DNA of 64,000 nucleotides, taken from positions 18,008 through 82,007 of the forward strand of contig JAGBES010000013.1 of NCBI GenBank assembly GCA_017936845.1, given 5' to 3'. How positions within the stretch are numbered: the stretch's first letter is position 1; every line of letters begins with the position of its first letter. The stretch comes from Bacilli bacterium. GTDB taxonomy: Bacteria; Bacillota_I; Bacilli_A; RF39; UBA660. Position numbers and translations under genes: made by a program. The notes under the pieces are model-generated. The model saw nothing but the letters and a program-made list of their open reading frames with translations. It was not told where the DNA came from and searched no databases. Positions 20,270 to 31,094 of the stretch are shown in pieces.

Positions 20270-20728
20270 ATGGAAAAATTTAATAGAACACTTCGTGGTT
20301 ATGATCCAGAAGAAGTAAATGCGTTTTTAGATAAAATCATTAATCAAGTAGAAGAAATGGTTAATGAATTAAAAGTAAAAGATCAAAAAATTTCTGAATT
20401 ACAATCATTAGAAATTGAAAATAAAAATTTAAAAGAAAAATTAGCGCAATATGAAAGAAGGGAATCAACATTAAATAAAACTATTATTATGGCCCAAAAA
20501 ACAAGTGAACAAGTAAAAATGGCTGCTCATCAAGAGAGTGAAACACTAATAGAAGATGCTAAAAATAATGCAAATAGAATAGTAAATGAAGCTTTACTTA
20601 GAGCAGAAAAAACAGAACAAGAAGCAGCTCTTCTTAGAAGAAATATAAAAATATTTAAAAAGAGAGTAAAAGATATCATAGAAGCACAACTTGAAGTTGT
20701 AGGTGAATTTGATCAAATAGAACTTTAA
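20270..20728 (+). CDS. divIVA: DivIVA domain protein
   Basis: FNRTLRGYDPEEVNAFLDKI followed by coiled coil. Conserved sepF-divIVA-ileS synteny. Confidence 0.85.
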   Translation: MEKFNRTLRGYDPEEVNAFLDKIINQVEEMVNELKVKDQKISELQSLEIENKNLKEKLAQYERRESTLNKTIIMAQKTSEQVKMAAHQESETLIEDAKNNANRIVNEALLRAEKTEQEAALLRRNIKIFKKRVKDIIEAQLEVVGEFDQIEL

Positions 20729-20730
20729 AA

Positions 20731-20931
20731 CAAATGATAGAGACGGTATATTAATAAGTTTATAGAGAGTTAATGGTTGGTGAAAATTAACAATGAATTA
20801 ATATATAGATCACTCTTGATGTTTTTATTAAAAAGATAAAACGGTAACGCGTTATAGTATTAAGTGCATAAATCTTTATGAATTAGGGTGGTACCGCGAA
20901 TAATCGTCCCTAAAGAATAAAGATTTTTTTT
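20731..20931 (+). promoter_or_regulatory. T-box riboswitch leader, isoleucine (ATC specifier)
   Basis: GA motif aTGAtAGAG, AG bulge AGAGAG, distal loop tGGTGAAA, specifier loop agATCAc (20809-20811). T-box AGGGTGGTACCGCG (20885-20898). Terminator aaatctttat../..ataaagattt followed by T8. Confidence 0.85.
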
Positions 20932-20969
20932 AATTATATGATATAATAGTAACTTAATGGGAGGTTTAT

Positions 20970-23900
20970 ATGAAAAAATTTGAAGAATTAGATAAAAGAG
21001 ATATAAAAGAAATTGAAGAAGAAGCACTAAAAAAATGGGAAGAAAAGGATTTATTAAATAAAACAATAGAAAATAGAAAAGATAGTAAAAACTTTGTTTT
21101 TTATGATGGTCCAGCAACAGCAAATGGAATGCCAGGAGTACACCATATGTTAGCTAAAATAGTAAAAGATACATTCTGTAAATATAAAACAATGCAAGGA
21201 TATAAAGTACTTAGAAAAGTAGGATGGGATACACATGGACTTCCAGTAGAATTACAAGTAGAAAAAGAATTAGGTTTTACTAAAAAAGGTGATATTGAAA
21301 AGTATGGAATAAAAGAATTCAATGAAAAATGTCGTGAAAGTGTATGGAAAAATGAAACAGCATTTAAAGAATTTACAAATAAGATGGGTCAATTTATAGA
21401 TTTAAAAAATCCATATATAACATATGATAATAATTATATTGAAACAGAATGGTGGATACTTAAAAAATATTTTGATGAAGGATTAATATATGATGGACTT
21501 AAAATACTTCCATATTGTCCTAGATGTGGAACTGGTTTAGCTAGTCATGAAGTAGCACAAGGATATAAAGAAATAAGCGTAAACACAGTAACAGTGCCAT
21601 TTAAATTAAAAGATGAAGATACCTATTTACTAGTATGGACAACAACTCCTTGGACATTAATTGCCAATGTAGCAGCTTGTGTCAATCCAAAAGAAGAATA
21701 TGTAAAATGTAAATCAAAAGGATATAACTTTATAGTAGCAAAAGCATTAGCAAGCAAGGTGTTAGGAGAAGAATATGAAGTAATAGAAACATATAAAGGT
21801 AAAGACTTAGAATATAAAGAATATGAACAATTTTTACCATTTTTAGAAGTAAATAAAAAAGGTTTTTATATAACTTGTGCTGATTATGTAACAATGGAAG
21901 ATGGAACTGGAATAGTTCATATTGCTCCAGCTTTTGGGCAAGATGATTATGAAGTAGGACTTAAATATAATTTACCAGTTTTAAATCCTGTAGATGAAGC
22001 AGGATGCTATAATGATGGTCCATGGAAAGGTAGACTTGTTGTTGATCCAGAACTAGAAATAGAAATAATCAAATATTTATCAAGTAATGATAAATTATTT
22101 AAGAAACAAAAAATAGTACATAACTATCCACATTGTTGGAGATGTAAAACACCACTTGTATATTATTCAAAATCAAGCTTATATATAAAAACAACAGCAT
22201 ATAAAGATAAAATTATAGAAGCAAATAATACTGTTAATTGGTATCCTTCATATGTTGGAGAAAAAAGATTTGGAAATTGGCTTGAAAATATGAATGATTG
22301 GGCTATATCTCGTAATAGATATTGGGGAACACCTATACCACTTTGGAGATGTAGTTGTGGACATGATGAAATGATTGGTTCAAGAAAAGAATTAGTAGAA
22401 AAAGCCATAGAAAAAATAGACGAAAATATTGAACTACATAGACCATATGTTGATGATATTCATATTAAATGTCCAGAATGTGGTAAAGAAATGACAAGAA
22501 TTAAAGATGTTATTGATTGTTGGTTTGATTCGGGTTCAATGCCATTTAGTCAATATCATTATCCATTTGAAAATAAAGAATTATTTGAATCACAATTTCC
22601 AGCTGATTTTATAGCTGAAGGAATAGATCAAACAAGAGGATGGTTTTATACATTACTTGTTATATCAACATTTGTAAAAGGATGCAGTCCATATAAAAAT
22701 GTTGTAGTAAATGATTTAGTATTGGATAAATTTGGAGGTAAAATGCATAAATCAAGAGGAAATGCTGTTGCTCCTATGCCAATATTAGATAAATATGGAG
22801 CAGATGCTACAAGATTCTTTATGCTTAATTCATCACCAGTATGGACTCCACTTAAATTTGATGAAGATGGAATAAAAGAAATGATATCAAAATTCTTTAG
22901 TACTTTAAAAAATACTTATAATTTCTTTGCAATGTATGCTAATACAGATAATATAGATCCAAGAAATTATGAAGTAAAATATGAAGAATTAGAAGAAATA
23001 GATAAATGGTTATTATCAAAATATAATAAATTAGTAAAAAATGTAACAGAATCAATGGATGAATACGATTTAAACAAAGTAACAAAATATTTAATAGAAT
23101 TTGTAAATGAAGATTTATCAAACTGGTATATAAGAAGAAACCGTAAAAGATTCTGGTCATCAGAAATAGATAATAGCAAAAAAGCTGTTTATAAAACAAC
23201 ATATGAAGTATTAATTGGAATATGTGAGTTATTAGCGCCTATTTGTCCATTTATAAGTGATGAAATATATACTAAACTAACAAATAAAGAATCTGTACAT
23301 TTAGAAAACTATCCATTATATAATGAAACTTATATAAATGAAAATATTGAATCAAGAATGGATCTAATAAGAGATTTAATTAGTATGGGTAGAAATGCTA
23401 GAGAAGATGCCAAAATAAAAGTTAGACAACCAATTAATGAAATATTAATAGATGGTAAAAATGAAGAATTAATAAATGATTTAGTACCTTTAATAAAAGA
23501 AGAATTAAATGTGAAAGAAGTAATATTTATAAAAGATATTTCAGAATACATGAATTTCAATGTAAAACCTAATTTTAAAGAAGTAGGAAAAGTATTTGGA
23601 TCAAAAATAAAAGATTTTTCTTCTTCATTAGAAAAATTATCAAATGAAGAAATAACAAAGTTAAATAATGATGAAAATATAGAAATAAATATGAATGATG
23701 AAAAAATAATCGTAGATAAAAATATGGTAGATATTAGAATAAGCGCTAAAGAAGGATTTAATGTTGCATATGAAAATAGTAATTTCATAATATTAGATAC
23801 TAATTTAACACATGAATTAATATTAGAAGGAATAGCTCGTGAAATGATTTCTAAAGTTCAAAATATAAGAAAAGAAAGTGATTTTGAAATAACAGATCGT

Positions 23901-24068
23901 ATTAATCTATATTATAATAGTGATGAATTAGTAAAAGAAGCAGTAAAAGAATATGAAGAATTTATAAAAAAAGAAACATTATCTTTAAAAATAGAAGAAA
24001 CTAAAAAAGAAGAAAAAGAATATGATTTAAACGGTCATAAAACATATATAGAAGTAGAAAAAAACTAG
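20970..24068 (+). CDS. ileS: Isoleucine--tRNA ligase (about 1030-aa type 2 form)
   Basis: PPYANG-like PATANGMPGVHH, GIDQTRGWFY, KMHKSRGN (KMSKS). The length and C-terminus fit the type 2 class. Confidence 0.95.
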   Translation: MKKFEELDKRDIKEIEEEALKKWEEKDLLNKTIENRKDSKNFVFYDGPATANGMPGVHHMLAKIVKDTFCKYKTMQGYKVLRKVGWDTHGLPVELQVEKELGFTKKGDIEKYGIKEFNEKCRESVWKNETAFKEFTNKMGQFIDLKNPYITYDNNYIETEWWILKKYFDEGLIYDGLKILPYCPRCGTGLASHEVAQGYKEISVNTVTVPFKLKDEDTYLLVWTTTPWTLIANVAACVNPKEEYVKCKSKGYNFIVAKALASKVLGEEYEVIETYKGKDLEYKEYEQFLPFLEVNKKGFYITCADYVTMEDGTGIVHIAPAFGQDDYEVGLKYNLPVLNPVDEAGCYNDGPWKGRLVVDPELEIEIIKYLSSNDKLFKKQKIVHNYPHCWRCKTPLVYYSKSSLYIKTTAYKDKIIEANNTVNWYPSYVGEKRFGNWLENMNDWAISRNRYWGTPIPLWRCSCGHDEMIGSRKELVEKAIEKIDENIELHRPYVDDIHIKCPECGKEMTRIKDVIDCWFDSGSMPFSQYHYPFENKELFESQFPADFIAEGIDQTRGWFYTLLVISTFVKGCSPYKNVVVNDLVLDKFGGKMHKSRGNAVAPMPILDKYGADATRFFMLNSSPVWTPLKFDEDGIKEMISKFFSTLKNTYNFFAMYANTDNIDPRNYEVKYEELEEIDKWLLSKYNKLVKNVTESMDEYDLNKVTKYLIEFVNEDLSNWYIRRNRKRFWSSEIDNSKKAVYKTTYEVLIGICELLAPICPFISDEIYTKLTNKESVHLENYPLYNETYINENIESRMDLIRDLISMGRNAREDAKIKVRQPINEILIDGKNEELINDLVPLIKEELNVKEVIFIKDISEYMNFNVKPNFKEVGKVFGSKIKDFSSSLEKLSNEEITKLNNDENIEINMNDEKIIVDKNMVDIRISAKEGFNVAYENSNFIILDTNLTHELILEGIAREMISKVQNIRKESDFEITDRINLYYNSDELVKEAVKEYEEFIKKETLSLKIEETKKEEKEYDLNGHKTYIEVEKN

Positions 24069-24089
24069 CTTGAAAAAACTAGTTTTTTT
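24060..24089 (+). terminator. Rho-independent terminator after ileS
   Basis: aaaaactag-cttgaaaaaa-ctagttttt followed by a T-run. Confidence 0.7.
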
Positions 24090-24123
24090 ATGTATAATTA
24101 TATAGTAGGAAAGTAGGGAAAAA

Positions 24124-27100
24124 ATGAAAAAAAGAGGTTTTACATTAATAGAATTATTAGCAGTAATAGTAATAATAGCAATCATCGCATTAATAGCAAT
24201 ACCAGTAATACTAAATATAATAGAAAGTGCAAAAAAAGCATCAGCAATAGATTCAGCATATGGATATGTAAAAGGAGTAGAAAATTATTTATTACAAAAA
24301 GAATTAAGAAATGAAGAAAAAGAATTAATAATAGGAGAAAATGATGTAGAAGAAGTAACAAAATTAATATCAGTAAAAGGAAATAAACCAGTAAGCGGAA
24401 TAATAGAAATAAATAATAGAAATGTAGTAACAAAAGGTGTAAATTTATGTATATCAGGATATTCTGTACAATATGAAATAGGAAAAGAAGCATATATAAG
24501 TGGAAAATGTAAAGAAGAAGAAAAAGAAATAGTAATAGAAGATAAAAAAGCTTGTGAATTAGAAACAGAAATAAAAGATGGAAAAGAATACTATTATATA
24601 GATTCAGAAAGTGATTTATATGAACTTAGTAAAGAAGTAAATAATGGAAATAACTTCAGTGGAAAGATAGTAAAACTAAGAAATGACTTAGATATGAGTA
24701 ATGTAAAAAATAAATGTGGAGAAGAAGAATTTGAACCAATTGGAACAAGTAGTACCCCATTTAGTGGAACATTTGAAGGAAATGCTAAAACAATAAGTAA
24801 TCTAACAATAAATAAACCAGAACAAGATAATGTAGGTTTATTTGGATATAGTAATGGAACAATAAAAGGAATAACACTAGAAAATATAAAAATAAAAGGA
24901 AATAATAATGTTGGTGGACTAGCAGGATATAGTGGTGGAAATGTAAGTGAAATAATGTTAAGTGGAAATGTAGAAGGGGATAGTAATGTAGGAGGTTTAT
25001 TAGGAACTGGAGCAAACAGTGGAACAGTAACAAATATAATTGTAAAAAGTATAGAAATACCAAGTGGAAATATGGTGGGAGGAATAGTAGCAAAAGGAGG
25101 AACGGTAAAAAATTCTATAATAGAAAAAGGTTTAATAAATGGAAGTACTATATCAGGATCATCATCAAGCATATTAAATACATACTATACAGATTTAGTG
25201 ACTGTAAACTATAATATACAAGGAACAAAATATGATAGTAATGCAATAGAAAGTATTAATGGATTAGAAAGTATAGTAGATACATGGATAGGAGGAGATG
25301 ATGACGACTCAGGATACTATTTTGACTATAATAATAAAGGAGAACTCGTAATAAAAAGTACAGAGAAAGATCCAATAACATTTAACTTAAAAGGAAGTGG
25401 AACAGAAGAAGATCCATATTTAATAGGAAGTTATCAAGAATGGAAGGAAGCAACTACAAAAGCAGACTTATTAGGAGTAGTATTTAAACTAACAAATGAT
25501 ATAGACTTTAGCGGAAAGAACTTTTATATGTTAGGAAGTTATCAAAATCAATTTTCGGGGATATTAGATGGGGATAATTATACAGTAAAGAAAATCAAAA
25601 TAAATGGTGGAAGTTATTTGGGAGGATTAGTAGGATACAATAATGGAACAATTAAAGAAATAAATTTAAAAGATATTAATATAAATGGTGATTCATTTCT
25701 AGGCGGAATAACCGGATATAACGCTTCGAATGTATTAGCAGTAAATTTAGAATCTATAATTATAACTGGTACTAATCAGATAGGCGGAATATCTGGATAT
25801 AATAAAAATATAATAAAAGAAGCAATTTTATCTACAAAAACAATTGGTACGGAAAATATAGGTGGTGTAACCGGAGCAAACAGTGGAACAGTAACAGATA
25901 TAATTGTAAAAAGTATAGAAATACCAAGTGGAAATATGGTGGGAGGAATAGTAGCAAAAGGAGGAACAGTAAAAAATTCTATAATAGAAAAAGGTTCAAT
26001 AAATGGAAGTACTATATCAGGATCATCATCAAGCATATTAAATACATATTATACAGATTTAGTGACTGTAAACTATAATATACAAGGAACAGCATACAAT
26101 AGTAATGCATTAGGAAATATAAATGGATATGAAAGTGCGATAGACACATGGATAGGAGGAGATGATGACGACTCGGGATACTATTTTGACTATAATAATA
26201 AAGGAGAATTAGTAATAAAAAGTATAGAAAAAGATCCAATAACATTTAATCTAAAAGGAAGTGGAACAGAAGAAAATCCATACTTAATAGGAAGTTATCA
26301 AGATTGGAAAGAAGCAACGACAAAAGCAGATCAAGTAGGATTAGTATTTAAATTAACAAGTGATATAGATTTTACAGGAAAGAACTTCTATATGTTAGGA
26401 AGTATTCAAAATAAATTTAGTGGAATACTAGATGGAGATGGACATAAATTAACAGGAATAGAAACAAAAGGAGGAAGCTATCAAGGAATAATAGGATATA
26501 TGGATAGTAGTACAGCAGTAGTAAAAAATCTAAAAGTAGAAAATATGAATATAAAATATATAACAAATTATTCAGGTAACTTAGTAGGATATATAAATGC
26601 AGGAACAGTAGAAGGAATAGATATGAATAAAATAACAGTAGAAGATTCCGGAGATTATATAGGAGGACTTATAGGATATAATAAAGGAATAATAAAAGGA
26701 ATAAATGTAATATCTGCAAATATAAGTGGAAAGAATCAAGTTGCTGTAATAAGTGGCTATAACGAAGGAACAATAAATGAAGTAGCATTTGCTGGAATAA
26801 TAACAGGAACAGGAAGTGTAGGAGGAATAACTGGAGCAAACAGTGGAACAGTAACAAATATAATTGTAAAAAGTATAGAAATACCAAGTGGAAATATGGC
26901 AGGAGGAATAGTAGCAAAAGGAGGAACAGTAAAAAATTCTATAATAGAAACAGGTTCAATAAATGGAAGTACTATATCAGGATTATCATCAAACATATTA
27001 AATACATATTATACAGATTTAGTGACTGTAAACTATAATATACAAGGAACCCAATATTCGTCAGCGTATGTAAACGATCTAACATATTATGATAGTTTAT

Positions 27101-27618
27101 TAGATAGTAATAATAATCCAATAATAGAAAGTAAATATACAGGAGATGTAAATGGATCAGGATATTTCTTTGATTATGGAAGTGATGGAAAAATAAAAGT
27201 CGTAAAAGCATATAGTTATAACAAAGGAAATGCAAGTGTAGATGAAAACTATACAATGACAAAAATAGTAGGAACAACAGATACTACAGCTCCAACATGT
27301 AATTTAGATTATGTAACAGCCGTATCAAATGGGATAAGAGCAAGCTTTAGTTGTACAGATGAAAGTGGAGTACCAGAAATAAGTTCATTATTTGATTCAA
27401 CAACAAGTAAATCAGCAGAAACATTTGAAAATATAGGAACGATAAAAAATGGGGTTGTAAATGGAAATACAAGAAGTGTAGTAAGTACATGGACAACAAA
27501 TAATTCAGTATCAAAACCAACAAGAGGAACATGTTATTACTTTAGATATGGAGCAAGAGATTCTAGTGGAAATTATACTACATATGTAACAGATAAATGT
27601 TATACAGGATTTAATTAG
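24124..27618 (+). CDS. Modular type IV pilin-like protein: N-terminal pilin domain plus about 1000-aa GLUG-like repeat region
   Basis: MKKRG|FTLIELLAVIVIIAIIALIAIPV is a class III signal with G-1, F+1 and E+5. Cys109/Cys129 resemble a pilin D-region. Many copies of NVGGLAGY / VGGLLG / IGGISGYN / LGGITGYN follow (GLUG-type). Own TATAAT promoter and GGGA RBS. Confidence 0.75.
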   Translation: MKKRGFTLIELLAVIVIIAIIALIAIPVILNIIESAKKASAIDSAYGYVKGVENYLLQKELRNEEKELIIGENDVEEVTKLISVKGNKPVSGIIEINNRNVVTKGVNLCISGYSVQYEIGKEAYISGKCKEEEKEIVIEDKKACELETEIKDGKEYYYIDSESDLYELSKEVNNGNNFSGKIVKLRNDLDMSNVKNKCGEEEFEPIGTSSTPFSGTFEGNAKTISNLTINKPEQDNVGLFGYSNGTIKGITLENIKIKGNNNVGGLAGYSGGNVSEIMLSGNVEGDSNVGGLLGTGANSGTVTNIIVKSIEIPSGNMVGGIVAKGGTVKNSIIEKGLINGSTISGSSSSILNTYYTDLVTVNYNIQGTKYDSNAIESINGLESIVDTWIGGDDDDSGYYFDYNNKGELVIKSTEKDPITFNLKGSGTEEDPYLIGSYQEWKEATTKADLLGVVFKLTNDIDFSGKNFYMLGSYQNQFSGILDGDNYTVKKIKINGGSYLGGLVGYNNGTIKEINLKDININGDSFLGGITGYNASNVLAVNLESIIITGTNQIGGISGYNKNIIKEAILSTKTIGTENIGGVTGANSGTVTDIIVKSIEIPSGNMVGGIVAKGGTVKNSIIEKGSINGSTISGSSSSILNTYYTDLVTVNYNIQGTAYNSNALGNINGYESAIDTWIGGDDDDSGYYFDYNNKGELVIKSIEKDPITFNLKGSGTEENPYLIGSYQDWKEATTKADQVGLVFKLTSDIDFTGKNFYMLGSIQNKFSGILDGDGHKLTGIETKGGSYQGIIGYMDSSTAVVKNLKVENMNIKYITNYSGNLVGYINAGTVEGIDMNKITVEDSGDYIGGLIGYNKGIIKGINVISANISGKNQVAVISGYNEGTINEVAFAGIITGTGSVGGITGANSGTVTNIIVKSIEIPSGNMAGGIVAKGGTVKNSIIETGSINGSTISGLSSNILNTYYTDLVTVNYNIQGTQYSSAYVNDLTYYDSLLDSNNNPIIESKYTGDVNGSGYFFDYGSDGKIKVVKAYSYNKGNASVDENYTMTKIVGTTDTTAPTCNLDYVTAVSNGIRASFSCTDESGVPEISSLFDSTTSKSAETFENIGTIKNGVVNGNTRSVVSTWTTNNSVSKPTRGTCYYFRYGARDSSGNYTTYVTDKCYTGFN
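25009..25226 (+). repeat. Intragenic 218-bp repeat A, copy 1
   Basis: ggagcaaacagtggaacagtaaca...actgtaaactataatatacaaggaac. Near-identical to the copies at 25873 and 26833. Confidence 0.9.
25279..25575 (+). repeat. Intragenic about 300-bp repeat B, copy 1
   Basis: Encodes DTWIGGDDDDSGYYFDYNNKGELVIKSTEKDPITFNLKGSGTEEDPYLIGSYQEWKEATTKAD..FKLTNDIDFSGKNFYMLGS..FSGILDGD. Confidence 0.85.
25873..26090 (+). repeat. Intragenic 218-bp repeat A, copy 2
   Basis: Same sequence with a handful of substitutions. Encodes GANSGTVT.IIVKSIEIPSGNMVGGIVAKGGTVKNSIIEKG.INGSTISGSSSSILNTYYTDLVTVNYNIQGT. Confidence 0.9.
26143..26440 (+). repeat. Intragenic about 300-bp repeat B, copy 2
   Basis: Same module with scattered substitutions. 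Absent after copy 3 of repeat A. Confidence 0.85.
26833..27050 (+). repeat. Intragenic 218-bp repeat A, copy 3
   Basis: Same sequence with a few substitutions (MAGG, ETG, GLSSN). Confidence 0.9.
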
Positions 27619-27627
27619 GAGGAATAA

Positions 27628-28107
27628 ATGAAAAAAATAAAAATAGTTTTATCTATAATATTGATTTTAGGATTAATAACAGGATGTGGATGTAATAAAA
27701 AAGAAATAGATAAAGAAGAAAAAACAAATAAAGAACTAAATATAGAGATGCAAAAAATAAGTATAAAAGAATCAAAAATATTTGAAGGATTAGATATATT
27801 AAATGATAATACCCTAGAAACACAAATAGGGATAAATAGAAATTTTGTAGAAAACCATGCTATAGGAATATCAATGTATGGAAATGCAAAAGAAATATAT
27901 ATGATAGTAAAACCAAAAGAAGAAAATAAAAAAATAGTGAAAGAAGCATTAGACTTATATATAGAAAGAACAAAGGAAAATGCAAATAAAGAAGATAAAA
28001 TAAGATACGAAAATGTTTTAAAACAAGAATACAATGGATATTATGTATATATAGTATCAGAAGATAATGAAAATATATTTAATCAAATAAAAGAATATTT
28101 AAAATAA
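27628..28107 (+). CDS. Lipoprotein (DUF4358-like)
   Basis: Lipobox ILGLITG|C and AGGAGG RBS. Starts 10 nt after the pilin-like gene stop, so it is likely co-transcribed. Confidence 0.6.
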   Translation: MKKIKIVLSIILILGLITGCGCNKKEIDKEEKTNKELNIEMQKISIKESKIFEGLDILNDNTLETQIGINRNFVENHAIGISMYGNAKEIYMIVKPKEENKKIVKEALDLYIERTKENANKEDKIRYENVLKQEYNGYYVYIVSEDNENIFNQIKEYLK

Positions 28108-28141
28108 TATTCTTTTTTTCATATAATTAAATGGTGATAAA

Positions 28142-28747
28142 ATGAAACCAATAATAGGAATAATAATTAGAAAAAATCAAAAAAGGTATTCTATAAAAGA
28201 AGATGTAATAAATGTATTTTTAAACAAAAATACTATACCTATAGGAATATTTAATAAAGATAAAGAATTAATAGATAAATGTAATGGAATATTATTACCA
28301 GGTGGTGATGATATAGAAAAAGAAGATTTAGAAATAATAAAATATATATATGAAAAAGATATCCCGTGTTTAGGAATATGTTTAGGTATGCAAGAAATGG
28401 GATATTTATTTAATGGAGAAATGAATAAAATAAGTAATTATAATCATTTAAAACCAGATGAAAAATACGTACATGAAATAACTATAAATAAGAAATCAAA
28501 ACTATACCAAATACTAAAAAAAGAAAAAATAAAAGTAAATAGTAGGCATAAAGATTATTTAGTAAAAACAGATTTAGATATATCAAGTATAAGTGATGTA
28601 ATAGAAAGTATAGAAGATAAAAATAAAAGATTCTTTATAGGATTACAATGGCATCCAGAAAGTATGATAAAATATGATATAAATAGTAATTTATTAATAG
28701 ATGAATTTATTAAAGAATGCAATAATCATAAAAATAAAAACATATAA
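28142..28747 (+). CDS. Class I glutamine amidotransferase-like / peptidase C26 (gamma-glutamyl hydrolase family)
   Basis: GILLPGGDDI, PCLGICLGMQEM (nucleophile Cys), GLQWHPE. Confidence 0.75.
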   Translation: MKPIIGIIIRKNQKRYSIKEDVINVFLNKNTIPIGIFNKDKELIDKCNGILLPGGDDIEKEDLEIIKYIYEKDIPCLGICLGMQEMGYLFNGEMNKISNYNHLKPDEKYVHEITINKKSKLYQILKKEKIKVNSRHKDYLVKTDLDISSISDVIESIEDKNKRFFIGLQWHPESMIKYDINSNLLIDEFIKECNNHKNKNI

Positions 28748-28762
28748 TTTATTGGTGATAAA

Positions 28763-29329
28763 ATGAAAAGAAAAAATAAAATAATAATAGTAATAAACGA
28801 ATATAAATATCCAATAAAAAATATATTAAAAGAATATACAGTATTTGAATTTAAACCAAAAGATTACGAAGAAATATATCATAAATTTGATAATTTAAAA
28901 GAAGAAATATATGTTATAAATATAGATATAAAATATATAGATAAATTGAAAGAAATAAATAAAAACTTAAAACCAGATATAATATTCATACCTAAATTAG
29001 AAGATAACTATCCAAAAACAGTAGAGATGAAAATGTTCAAATATATAAAAAAAGGTTTAAAAAAATTAAAAAATAAAATTCTTATAATAAATGATAATGA
29101 TAAATACTTAAGAAATATATTTATGAATAATTTGGATATATATAGATATGGAAATAATGAATATGATGATATTGAATATATAAAAGAAAAAGAAAATATA
29201 ATAATAAATTATCAAGAAGAAAAATATACATTAAAAAATAAAAATGAAGATATAATTGGAAACATAATAATAGGGTTATTATTTGGATTAAATATAGAAG
29301 AAATAATAGATAATATTGAAAAAAAATAA
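28763..29329 (+). CDS. Hypothetical protein (188 aa)
   Basis: Long ORF with GGTGAT RBS. No confident motif. Confidence 0.5.
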   Translation: MKRKNKIIIVINEYKYPIKNILKEYTVFEFKPKDYEEIYHKFDNLKEEIYVINIDIKYIDKLKEINKNLKPDIIFIPKLEDNYPKTVEMKMFKYIKKGLKKLKNKILIINDNDKYLRNIFMNNLDIYRYGNNEYDDIEYIKEKENIIINYQEEKYTLKNKNEDIIGNIIIGLLFGLNIEEIIDNIEKK

Positions 29330-29354
29330 CAAAAAATGTATACTATCTAAGTAG

Positions 29355-30497
<1,143 letters not shown>

Positions 30498-30513
30498 GTT
30501 TGCAAAAGCAAAC
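30498..30513. terminator. Bidirectional hairpin between convergent tgt and the minus-strand gene
   Basis: gtttgc-aaaa-gcaaac, flanked by A8 on the left and ttatttt on the right. Confidence 0.7.
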
Positions 30514-31020
30514 TTATTTTGATTTAATAATACACATATTTTGGTTATAATTATTAGTTTCAATAAAACTACAATTGAATTCTTTTTTTAATTTAATATA
30601 ATAATTTCTAATATATTCATAATACAATTTATCTTTAGTACATTCACCAATAACAAAAGGTATATTATTATTACTTAATCGTTTAATTAAAGCATTTTGC
30701 TTTTCATTTTTTCCTCGCATTAAAACTAAATGACTAGGTAAAACTTTGATACTATATTGATATAAAGAAATATTGACATTATTAGCTAGATATTTACCAA
30801 TACTATCATTATTATGAGTAACAAACTCTTGAATATTGGTATTTCTTTGAATTAAATTTTTTAATTCGAAAGCTAAAGCTTTTCCATTACTATTTCTTTG
30901 CTTTAACCAGATAACATAATCTTTATTAAAAGGATTATCATTTAATAAAGATTCTATTTCCTCTAAAGAAAAATTTTTTTCTTTAAAATATAATTTTAAC
31001 ATTTGAACATCATAATCCAT
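30514..31020 (-). CDS. Hypothetical protein (168 aa from MDYDVQ)
   Basis: The ORF lies downstream of spoIVA. Start set to ATG 31020, preceded by GAGGGG. No recognisable motif. Confidence 0.5.
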   Translation of the reverse strand: MDYDVQMLKLYFKEKNFSLEEIESLLNDNPFNKDYVIWLKQRNSNGKALAFELKNLIQRNTNIQEFVTHNNDSIGKYLANNVNISLYQYSIKVLPSHLVLMRGKNEKQNALIKRLSNNNIPFVIGECTKDKLYYEYIRNYYIKLKKEFNCSFIETNNYNQNMCIIKSK

Positions 31021-31071
31021 AAAACCCCTCTTTTCAGAAAAATATATTAACACGAAAAAATAAAAAAAGCA

Positions 31072-31094
31072 AGAAAAAAAGGCATAAATGCCTT
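31072..31094 (-). terminator. Rho-independent terminator after spoIVA
   Basis: aaggca-tttа-like hairpin (plus strand aaggca taaa tgcctt), followed on the minus strand by T8. Confidence 0.65.

Noticed and set aside
23330-23788. 152-aa antisense ORF inside ileS, and similar ORFs inside leuS, nrdD, pdp and the Zn-ribbon gene
   Set aside because: They lie entirely inside strongly supported housekeeping CDS on the other strand and are low-complexity hydrophobic translations.
24182-27532. Many long minus-strand ORFs (for example 24594-25172 at 192 aa, 25776-26036 and 26757-26996) opposite the pilin-like gene
   Set aside because: They mirror the plus-strand repeat structure and encode low-complexity Pro/Phe/Ile strings. 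They have no RBS. The plus-strand frame carries clear pilin and GLUG motifs, so these are antisense artefacts of a repetitive GGN-rich gene.
27615-28034. 139-aa minus-strand ORF overlapping the DUF4358-like lipoprotein gene
   Set aside because: The plus-strand ORF has an AGGAGG RBS and a canonical lipobox. The minus-strand ORF has neither a start context nor any motif.
28142-29329. GATase plus the following 188-aa ORF considered as a GatD/MurT-like lipid II amidation pair
   Set aside because: The amidotransferase looks like a peptidase C26 type, not a CobQ-type GatD. The 188-aa ORF is far too short for MurT and shows only vague similarity to Mur ligase segments.
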